The position numbers were made by a program, and so were the translations under genes. This document shows, piece by piece, positions 1 through 5,849 of a stretch of DNA of 64,000 nt. Within the stretch, counting starts at the first letter, position 1; every line of letters starts with the position of its first letter. The notes beneath the pieces were generated by a model. It was not told where the DNA came from, did no database searches, and saw only the letters and a list, made by a program, of their open reading frames with translations. This DNA is from a virus. The stretch lies in the IMG/VR virus record IMGVR_UViG_3300042549_005813, one strand, 5' to 3'.

Positions 1-176
1 ATGCTATTGCAAACCTATTGGAAGATTGGGGCTTGGTAAAGTTAGTCAATAAAAAACAAACCGAGGTGCCACCACCTATTTTCTTGTCACAGATTAAAAT
101 ATTGTCACACAAGGAAAAGAACGATTGGCAACTTACACCAAAGTATAATATTGGTAAAAAACCGAACGGTTCTTGA
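1..176 (+). CDS. regA: RegA translational repressor, C-terminal part (5' truncated by window)
   Basis: Frame 3 reads AIANLLEDWGLVKLV...SQIKILSHKEKNDWQLTPKYNIGKK*, matching the T4 RegA C-terminus; regA-hsp20-gp43 order is typical of T4-like phages. Confidence 0.9.
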   Translation, partial: AIANLLEDWGLVKLVNKKQTEVPPPIFLSQIKILSHKEKNDWQLTPKYNIGKKPNGS

Positions 177-201
177 CAACTAGTATAAATACTGATATAA
201 T
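173..201 (+). promoter_or_regulatory. Sigma70-type promoter with a nested T4 late promoter
   Basis: TTGACA(173-178)-17 bp-TATAAT(196-201); TATAAATA at 184-191 lies inside the spacer. Confidence 0.8.
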
Positions 202-329
202 GGTCCCATTCGGGATGGGAAAAAGGTGCTCCACCTACCTTAGGAGCGTATTAAAACGGACAGACGCACTGTCACTGGATAACGTAACCAGTACCTAACC
301 GATACGCCTTCGGGGTATCAATTTTTTAA

Positions 330-345
330 TCTCGCTTTTAGGAGA
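330..345 (+). promoter_or_regulatory. ROSE-like RNA thermometer hairpin occluding the hsp20 Shine-Dalgarno
   Basis: UCUC[G]CU-UUU-AGGAGA: the U(U/C)GCU motif pairs with the SD and has a bulged G, directly before a small heat-shock gene. Confidence 0.55.
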
Positions 346-350
346 AAACT

Positions 351-803
351 ATGACAAATCTTATGAAAGATTTTTTCGGTTCTGACTTTGGTAAAATCCA
401 ACCTTTCACTGTAGGTTTCAATGACACAATGGACCTCATGCGTGAAGCTGCAGCGGCTGCATCTAAAGCCGTATCTTATCCTCCATACAACATCAAACAG
501 GTAAAAGAAAACAAGTACGTCATTGAAATGGCTGTTGCTGGTTTTGCTAAGTCTGACATTGAGATGACTTTGGAAGGAAATAAACTAGTAATCAAAGCTG
601 CAACAAAAGACGCAGATGAAGAAGAATATTTGTACAAAGGCATTGCCAACCGTGCATTTGAACGTACCTTCACTCTCGCAGACAAAGTAGAAATTAAAGA
701 TGCAGAATTGATGAATGGTATGTTGAAAATTTGGCTAGAAAACATGGTCAAAGCACAAGACGCCATTAAGAAAATTTCTATAAAGGAAACGGTAGAAAAA
801 TGA
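351..803 (+). CDS. hsp20: Small heat shock protein Hsp20 (IbpA-like)
   Basis: YPPYNI, IEMAVAGF, YLYKGIANRAFERTFTLAD and NGMLKI motifs. Confidence 0.95.
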   Translation: MTNLMKDFFGSDFGKIQPFTVGFNDTMDLMREAAAAASKAVSYPPYNIKQVKENKYVIEMAVAGFAKSDIEMTLEGNKLVIKAATKDADEEEYLYKGIANRAFERTFTLADKVEIKDAELMNGMLKIWLENMVKAQDAIKKISIKETVEK

Positions 804-955
804 TTCAAATAATTACCTCTTTACTTAAACGTATAAGTGGTGATTATGGAAACAATTTAGAATCATATATCACCAGTAGAAATCCTCAAAATGAGGGCGA
901 CATTGAGCGCTTCACCCGTGATTATCATTTTCATATAACTCAAAATAGGTACTAA
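800..955 (+). CDS. Small hypothetical protein (51 aa)
   Basis: ATGA overlap with the hsp20 stop; MIQIITSLLKRISG...LESYITSRNPQNEGDIERFTRDY. Confidence 0.6.
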   Translation: MIQIITSLLKRISGDYGNNLESYITSRNPQNEGDIERFTRDYHFHITQNRY

Positions 956-1047
956 AATGAAAAAATTATTTACAAGTATACTTGAGGCCATAGAGGCTAT
1001 CAAACAACACAGGTCGGGACCCGGCCTTAAAGGTAGATAATTACCAC

Positions 1048-1084
1048 AAGGGGTCTTGACAGACCCCTTTTTTTATTGTATAAT
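1048..1084 (+). terminator. Intrinsic terminator whose loop is the -35 of the next promoter
   Basis: AAGGGGTC-TTGACA-GACCCCTT plus T-run; TATAAT at 1079-1084, 17 bp after TTGACA. Confidence 0.8.
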
Positions 1085-1093
1085 TGAGACATT

Positions 1094-1276
1094 ATGAAAA
1101 CTGAAAAACAATACATCAAAAAAGTACGTGTAAAAACCACGTTGGAGAATTACTACGTTTGTTCACCAGAGACTAAAGAGATTGATGGGGTACAATTCGT
1201 TTACGTAATCAAAAACATTGGTATTAGGGAAACGCCTAAATTAATGCGGAAAGAATCATTAGAATATATCAAATAA
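1094..1276 (+). CDS. Hypothetical protein
   Basis: ORF immediately downstream of the promoter. Confidence 0.6.
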   Translation: MKTEKQYIKKVRVKTTLENYYVCSPETKEIDGVQFVYVIKNIGIRETPKLMRKESLEYIK

Positions 1277-1351
1277 GGGCCGATAGCTTAATGGTAAAGC
1301 AGTGAACTCATAATTCATTGAGTCTAGGTTCAATTCCTAGTCGGCCCACCA
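1277..1351 (+). tRNA. tRNA with CAT anticodon, probably Ile2 (lysidine type)
   Basis: Cloverleaf with encoded CCA; loop CTCATAA; C4-G69 and C5-G68 acceptor pairs as in TilS substrates. Confidence 0.85.
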
Positions 1352-1369
1352 TTTTTATTAAGGAGTATC

Positions 1370-1819
1370 ATGTCTATTACAATTAAAAACCTTGAGGCTG
1401 CATTGGCTGGAGAAAGCCAAGCGCACATCAAGTATCGTTACTTTGCAAAGATTGCTATGGAAGAAGGTCATGAGGAAATTGCCAAACATTTTTGGCACAC
1501 CGCTGACCAAGAATTACTCCATGCATGGGGTCACCTTGAGTTGTTGATTGGTAAACCAACTACCAAAGAATGCCTTGAAATGGCCATCGAAGGTGAAACA
1601 TATGAGTTTACTACAATGTATCCTAATATGAAAAAGGATGCAGAGATAGAAGGTAACAAAGAAGCAGAACGTGAAGCTGCACACCAAATTGCAGAAAGTC
1701 ACACACATGCGGAAGAATTCCGTGCAGTTCTTGCTAAGGCAGAGAAGAAATTTGCAGCATTGGCTAAGATTGAGAAACGTCATGCAGCTGCATATCAACA
1801 AGTATTGGAGAAACTATAA
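1370..1819 (+). CDS. Rubrerythrin (ferritin-like di-iron protein)
   Basis: NLEAALAGESQAHIKYRYFA, QELLHA, EGETYE and EKRHA di-iron ExxH motifs. Confidence 0.9.
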   Translation: MSITIKNLEAALAGESQAHIKYRYFAKIAMEEGHEEIAKHFWHTADQELLHAWGHLELLIGKPTTKECLEMAIEGETYEFTTMYPNMKKDAEIEGNKEAEREAAHQIAESHTHAEEFRAVLAKAEKKFAALAKIEKRHAAAYQQVLEKL

Positions 1820-1947
1820 TGGATCATGTATGTGTGGTTTGTGGCCATGTCCACGATGATGAAAAAGAAGGCGCATGGGATACATTACCAGATGATTTCA
1901 CTTGTCCAGAATGTGATTGTGGTAAAGAAGACTACGAGGTCCTGTGA
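1819..1947 (+). CDS. Rubredoxin (42 aa, not in the ORF track)
   Basis: MDHVCVVCGHVHDDEKEGAWDTLPDDFTCPECDCGKEDYEVL: two CxxC knuckles and a W-x-x-LP-x-x-F-x-CP pattern. Confidence 0.9.
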   Translation: MDHVCVVCGHVHDDEKEGAWDTLPDDFTCPECDCGKEDYEVL

Positions 1948-2417
1948 AAGATAAATTTCGTAATGCATATATGAAAGTGGCCGAGACATTTGCAGCATTG
2001 TCCTCGGCTCGTAGACTTCATGTTGGTGCTATTGTAGTAAAGGACGACCGCATCATAAGTATTGGTTATAATGGTATGCCTTCTGGTTGGGATAACAACT
2101 GTGAAGATAAAATCTATTGTGATGATGGTGATTGTTTAGAACAACAGTTACCAAAAGAATCAGATACATGGAAAAAATATAAACTTAAAACCAAACCAGA
2201 GGTGCTTCATGCGGAAACAAATGCAATCGCTAAGTTGGCAAAGTCTACCGAATCTGGTATGGGTGCTACTATGTTTATCACCCACGCTCCATGTTTGGAC
2301 TGTGCCAAACTTATCTACCAAAGTGGTATTAGCAGTGTTCTATATCGGAACTCTTATCGGAGTGATGATGGTATCCAATTCCTACAAAAAGCAGCCGTTT
2401 GGGTGGAAAAAATCTAA
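1944..2417 (+). CDS. cd: dCMP deaminase
   Basis: HAETNAI and PCLDCAK zinc motifs; IGYNG. Confidence 0.92.
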   Translation: MKDKFRNAYMKVAETFAALSSARRLHVGAIVVKDDRIISIGYNGMPSGWDNNCEDKIYCDDGDCLEQQLPKESDTWKKYKLKTKPEVLHAETNAIAKLAKSTESGMGATMFITHAPCLDCAKLIYQSGISSVLYRNSYRSDDGIQFLQKAAVWVEKI

Positions 2418-2461
2418 TACTCCTAAATAACTGAGGGTAATTGTGCCCTTAGGAGACCAGG

Positions 2462-2971
2462 ATGATTATTCGTGTGGTTAACTGTCCAGACAAAGATTTT
2501 AAGCCCTTTGTTGAAAGAGCAGCCCAATTCTTCGCTAAAGAATTGATACCAAATACACGAATAAGAAATAATTGTATAACAGAAATTAAATTTTGTACCA
2601 AAATAACTGAATATGGTTTTGCTAGTATTGAAGATTATAATACAAAAAAACTACCTAGACAATTCCTAATAGAAATTAATCCAAATATTGGATCCAGAAG
2701 AATACTGGAAACTTTGGCACATGAAATGGTTCATGTGAAACAATACATTGATGGTGAAACGAATGATGAGTTGACCCGATGGAGAGGTAAACGGGTTGAT
2801 CCAGACAAAATAGATTATTGGGTTCAGCCATGGGAGATAGATGCTTACGGCCGTGAACCAGGACTACTTACGAAGTTTGCTATATCTGAACACTTGTGGG
2901 AAACGTTCTCCGACTTTGTTGATCCATCCGGTCCAATAAATTATAATCCGATTGCATGGAAAAAAGAATAA
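2462..2971 (+). CDS. Putative zinc metallopeptidase (HExxH)
   Basis: LAHEMVHVKQ and QPWEIDAY motifs; preceded by a late-type TAAATA. Confidence 0.65.
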   Translation: MIIRVVNCPDKDFKPFVERAAQFFAKELIPNTRIRNNCITEIKFCTKITEYGFASIEDYNTKKLPRQFLIEINPNIGSRRILETLAHEMVHVKQYIDGETNDELTRWRGKRVDPDKIDYWVQPWEIDAYGREPGLLTKFAISEHLWETFSDFVDPSGPINYNPIAWKKE

Positions 2972-2975
2972 AAAT

Positions 2976-3509
2976 ATGTCGCATCCAACTCAACAAGAAT
3001 TTGTTAAAAAATTATCAAACGAATTTCCACAAAATTTTAACAACATAAAGATGCTGGAGGTTGGAAGTTTAAACATCAACGGTACAATGAGAACTCATTT
3101 TACAAATTGTGAATATGTTGGTGTTGATGTGGATGCGGGTAAAGATGTTGATTTGGTTTGCGAAGGCCAGCTTGTCGACCATGCAGATGGCACATATGAC
3201 ACCACAGGTTCTTGTAATTGTTTTGAACACAATCCACATTGGATAGAAACATTTCAAAACATGTATCGTATGACCAAAAAAGATGGATTAGTTTTTATCG
3301 TAGTACCAACAACAGGTTATCCTGAACATGGTACATCCAATAAAGCACCAAATGATAGTCCTTTAACCATTGCAAAAGGTTGGGAATATTACAGTAATCT
3401 TACAGAAGAAGATTTTCGTAAAAACTTTGATATGGATAGTATGTTTCATACCTACAAGTTTGAAACAAATAAGACTCCCGAATTATTTTTTTACGGATTT
3501 AAAAAATAA
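2976..3509 (+). CDS. Class I SAM-dependent methyltransferase
   Basis: MLEVGS, YVGVD, GKDVD and CFEH motifs; start adjusted to ATG 2976. Confidence 0.8.
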   Translation: MSHPTQQEFVKKLSNEFPQNFNNIKMLEVGSLNINGTMRTHFTNCEYVGVDVDAGKDVDLVCEGQLVDHADGTYDTTGSCNCFEHNPHWIETFQNMYRMTKKDGLVFIVVPTTGYPEHGTSNKAPNDSPLTIAKGWEYYSNLTEEDFRKNFDMDSMFHTYKFETNKTPELFFYGFKK

Positions 3510-3522
3510 TTTTAAAAACCGC

Positions 3523-3551
3523 TTGCCAAGACATAAAAGTTCCTATATAAT
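3523..3551 (+). promoter_or_regulatory. Sigma70-type promoter of the leader/tRNA operon
   Basis: TTGCCA(3523-3528)-17 bp-TATAAT(3546-3551); predicted +1 at or near the A of ATG 3558. Confidence 0.8.
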
Positions 3552-3557
3552 AACACT

Positions 3558-3668
3558 ATGACAAATTTTAAACACATATCCTTTACGTTACAGCCAGAGT
3601 ATCGCACAATTAATTGTGGTGATAGCTCATGGGCGCCGACTGGGTTTTGTGTAAAGAGAGAGAACTAA
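3558..3668 (+). CDS. Putative attenuator leader peptide (36 aa, contains all 20 amino acids)
   Basis: MTNFKHISFTLQPEYRTINCGDSSWAPTGFCVKREN*; leaderless start; 3642-3652 is complementary to 3696-3706, which overlaps the terminator 5' arm. Confidence 0.75.
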   Translation: MTNFKHISFTLQPEYRTINCGDSSWAPTGFCVKREN

Positions 3669-3699
3669 TACATAAGTTCTAAAAAAAGACTCCAAACAC

Positions 3700-3739
3700 A
3701 AGACCCTAGACCTAAAAAATCTAGGGTTTTTTGTTTGTT
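3700..3739 (+). terminator. Intrinsic terminator (attenuator) ahead of the tRNA array
   Basis: AAGACCCTAGA-loop-TCTAGGGTTTT followed by TTGTTTGTT. Confidence 0.85.
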
Positions 3740-3810
3740 GTTTCAATACAACACAGTGGTTGCCAGGTCATCGAATCTGATATACAATACACACTGTTCT
3801 TTAAAAATTT
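3736..3810 (+). promoter_or_regulatory. Operator-promoter-boxA cassette of tRNA sub-operon 1
   Basis: TGTTG-N8-CAACA (3736-3753); TTGCCA(3760)-17-TACAAT(3783); boxA-like TGTTCTTTAAAAATTT (3795-3810). Confidence 0.7.
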
Positions 3811-3822
3811 GTCGTAGTTTAT

Positions 3823-3896
3823 TGGGGTATAGCATAGTGGCAGTGCTGCGGACTTTGAATCCGTAGGTCCTTGTTCGATTCAAGGTACCCCAGCCA
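3823..3896 (+). tRNA. tRNA-Gln(TTG)
   Basis: Cloverleaf, loop CTTTGAA, CCA. Confidence 0.92.
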
Positions 3897-3969
3897 TATA
3901 AAAGCACATTGAGAGACATAGCCGGCGTAAGACCCGGAAGTATGGTGGTTATCCAGTGTGTTTCTATAT
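3897..3969 (+). ncRNA. Putative structured RNA or processing stalk between tRNAs
   Basis: AAGCACATTG pairs with CAGTGTGTTT, enclosing a CCGG-loop-CCGG hairpin. Confidence 0.4.
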
Positions 3970-4061
3970 GGAAGATGATGCAGCGGGGTTGGTCCTGCGA
4001 CTGGCCTTGAAAACCAGGTTCTCAGAAATGGGATGGGGTTCGACTCCTCCGTCTTCCGCCA
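3970..4061 (+). tRNA. tRNA-Ser(TGA) with an 8/4 acceptor/T-stem fold
   Basis: GGAAGATG/CGTCTTCC 8-bp acceptor, GGGG/CCTC 4-bp T stem, long V arm, G73. Confidence 0.85.
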
Positions 4062-4066
4062 AACAT

Positions 4067-4154
4067 AGAAGGTTGCCCGAGTGGTTAAGGGAGCAGTTTG
4101 CTAAACTGTCGTTGCGAAAGCGGCGCATCGGTTCGAATCCGATACCTTCTGCCA
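4067..4154 (+). tRNA. tRNA-Ser(GCT)
   Basis: Type II cloverleaf, loop TTGCTAA, GCCA end. Confidence 0.92.
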
Positions 4155-4160
4155 AAACAT

Positions 4161-4252
4161 GCCAGCGAGACTTGACAGTCAGAGAGTCCTTATAAGACTT
4201 TTAGCGCCAGATTAGCGTTCTTGAGAGGGTTTGATTCCCTCCGCTGGTACCA
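4161..4252 (+). tRNA. Atypical tRNA with TAT anticodon (Ile) and a long variable arm
   Basis: GCCAGCG/CGCTGGT-ACCA; GAGTC-CTTATAA-GACTT; 24-nt V region; T loop TTTGATT. Confidence 0.7.
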
Positions 4253-4260
4253 AATGAAAG

Positions 4261-4476
4261 ATGATTATGTGGAAAATTAAAATTGAAAATGGAATAATAT
4301 TAAATGCAAGTCCAACATTGGAAGATGCAATGAATTTTGCAAAAGGTTACGGCAAGTTTGTAACCATCACCAATGACGAAATGGAATTTGTAGGTAAATT
4401 CGGTGTTGATACTATCAAGGACGGAAAGTGTCCTGATGGAGTTGATTACACTTGGATGAAACGAAGAAATATGTAG
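4261..4476 (+). CDS. Hypothetical protein inside the tRNA array
   Basis: ORF between tRNAs; its stop codon overlaps the 5' end of tRNA-Cys. Confidence 0.7.
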   Translation: MIMWKIKIENGIILNASPTLEDAMNFAKGYGKFVTITNDEMEFVGKFGVDTIKDGKCPDGVDYTWMKRRNM

Positions 4477-4548
4477 GTGTGACCCGAAAGGCTAGGGAGC
4501 AGATTGCAAATCTGTTACATGCAGGTTCGATTCCTGTCACCTACTCCA
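4473..4548 (+). tRNA. tRNA-Cys(GCA)
   Basis: GTAGGTG/CACCTAC, loop TTGCAAA, U73-CCA. Confidence 0.9.
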
Positions 4549-4552
4549 AACA

Positions 4553-4650
4553 TGTTGTAGAAATACAACAGTACTGGTTGACAATGATTCATGGTTGTGT
4601 TATACTTCATCTATGAATTGAGAAATCAATCAAACGTTCTTTAAAAATTT
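4553..4650 (+). promoter_or_regulatory. Operator-promoter-boxA cassette of tRNA sub-operon 2
   Basis: TGTTG-N8-CAACA (4553-4570); TTGACA(4578)-17-TATACT(4601); CGTTCTTTAAAAATTT (4635-4650). Confidence 0.75.
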
Positions 4651-4662
4651 GTTGTAGTTAAT

Positions 4663-4737
4663 GCTCCGTTCGTCTATCGGTTAGGACGCTGCCCTTTCAA
4701 GGCGGAAAGACCAGTTCGATTCTGGTACGGAGTACCA
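4663..4737 (+). tRNA. tRNA-Glu(TTC)
   Basis: Cloverleaf, loop CTTTCAA, CCA. Confidence 0.92.
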
Positions 4738-4859
4738 TTTGTTTTGTTGACGTAAGCGCTTGAGTAAACGTCAACTCTAACTAACTATGTATATAAACGG
4801 TAATGCTGCAGCTAAATCCGTTGAGCATAGCAAATAGTGCGTCAGCAAAACAAATGGTA
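4733..4859 (+). ncRNA. Putative ncRNA closed by a 22-bp stem
   Basis: 4733-4754 pairs with 4838-4859 (2 G-U pairs); internal hairpins. Confidence 0.5.
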
Positions 4860-4864
4860 GTTAT

Positions 4865-4938
4865 GGGGGTATAACTTAGTGGTAAAGTAGTAGGCTTTTA
4901 ACCTATTAACCAGAGTTCGATTCTCTGTACCCCTACCA
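4865..4938 (+). tRNA. tRNA-Lys(TTT)
   Basis: Cloverleaf, loop CTTTTAA, CCA. Confidence 0.92.
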
Positions 4939-4947
4939 AAAAAATTT

Positions 4948-5032
4948 GGAGACACGGCAAAGTGGGAGAGTTGCGGCAGACTGTAAATCTGTTCCTTCGG
5001 GTGAGTAGGTTCGAATCTTACTGTCTCCACCA
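4948..5032 (+). tRNA. tRNA-Tyr(GTA)
   Basis: Type II cloverleaf, loop CTGTAAA, CCA. Confidence 0.92.
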
Positions 5033-5222
5033 AATCCCGTTACTACTTTTCGTTAAAGTAGCGTTTGATTAGCGATAGAGATCCGGTGGCAGAAAACCGT
5101 TAGCGAGAGAAATCTCAGGCTCTGATAGGCAGTTCCCTCTGCACACAGACATTAGAATAAAAGGGATGGACAGAGTAACTTCTCAATTAAGGGCTTGTGT
5201 GGAAACAAGTAGCTTATCCTAA
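5033..5222 (+). ncRNA. Putative structured ncRNA (~190 nt)
   Basis: Spacer with no ORF of 60 aa or more and several hairpins (CTACTTT/AAAGTAG, CGGT/ACCG, GAGA-GAAA-TCTC, CTTGT/ACAAG). Confidence 0.45.
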
Positions 5223-5225
5223 TTT

Positions 5226-5300
5226 GGTCTTAAAGTGTTCATGGACGCACATCAGCCTGTCACGCTGAAAGAAGGGGATCGTTACCCCTTGGGACCGCCA
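5226..5300 (+). tRNA. tRNA-Asp(GTC)
   Basis: Loop CTGTCAC, G73-CCA, atypical T loop ATCGTTA. Confidence 0.88.
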
Positions 5301-5308
5301 AGTTTTAT

Positions 5309-5383
5309 TCCAGAGTAGCACAGCGGTAGTGCAGTTGACTGTTAATCAATTGGTCGTAGGTTCGATCCCTGCCTCTGGAGCCA
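5309..5383 (+). tRNA. tRNA-Asn(GTT)
   Basis: Cloverleaf, loop CTGTTAA, GCCA. Confidence 0.92.
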
Positions 5384-5384
5384 A

Positions 5385-5598
5385 TACGTTCCGCTTGGTT
5401 AGCGGATACTGTGACCCGCAGGATAAGAAGTGAGGTGACTCTCAAGGGTGGTACCACTCTTACCGAAGTGGCGCTGGCAATGCGAGAACGGTCCTGGTCG
5501 GGAAGCGGGTGGAGGTCGTGCGTGATGAAAGATTAATTGGAGTAAAATCTGACCAAATTTCTGATGCGATATAATTACCGCCGCAGGACGCAGAGCAT
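5385..5598 (+). ncRNA. Putative structured ncRNA (~215 nt)
   Basis: GC-rich spacer with nested stems TCCGCT/AGCGGA, AAGGGTGG/CCACTCTT, GTCCTG/CAGGAC and CGTTC/GAACG. Confidence 0.5.
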
Positions 5599-5606
5599 TT
5601 TATTTC

Positions 5607-5680
5607 GCCCTATTAGTATAATGGCATTACACCTGTTTTGTAATCAGGTTACGGCAGTTCGATTCTGTCATGGGGCACCA
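5607..5680 (+). tRNA. tRNA-Thr(TGT)
   Basis: Cloverleaf, loop TTTGTAA, CCA. Confidence 0.9.
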
Positions 5681-5686
5681 GTTTTT

Positions 5687-5762
5687 CTCTCTGAAGCGTT
5701 ATCAGGTTGCGTACACGGTTTGGGGCCGTGTGGTCAAGGTTCGAATCCTTGCAGGGAGACCA
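5687..5762 (+). tRNA. tRNA-Pro(TGG)
   Basis: Cloverleaf, loop TTTGGGG, CCA. Confidence 0.9.
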
Positions 5763-5770
5763 GTTTTTTT

Positions 5771-5845
5771 GGGGGCAGCAGTGGGCTGCGGCGTTCCCTT
5801 GCAAGGATCGTGACTAGAAGGATTCGATTTCCTCGGCCTCCACCA
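5771..5845 (+). tRNA. tRNA-Ala(TGC), atypical D and T arms
   Basis: GGGGGC/GCCTCC with G3:U70, loop CTTGCAA, ACCA. Confidence 0.75.
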
Positions 5846-5849
5846 ATTA

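Noticed and set aside
3970-4061. selC (tRNA-Sec) or opal suppressor
   Set aside because: The anticodon is TGA (reads UCA, Ser), not TCA; the T stem is 4 bp; no sel genes or in-frame UGA recoding were seen
5033-5598. Hammerhead ribozyme or RNase P RNA in the tRNA spacers
   Set aside because: CTGATAG and CTGATGC do not match the CUGANGA core, and no GAGGAAAGUCC RNase P signature is present
5771-5845. tmRNA end
   Set aside because: It has G3:U70 and CCA but is a closed 75-nt cloverleaf with a TGC anticodon arm and no tag reading frame
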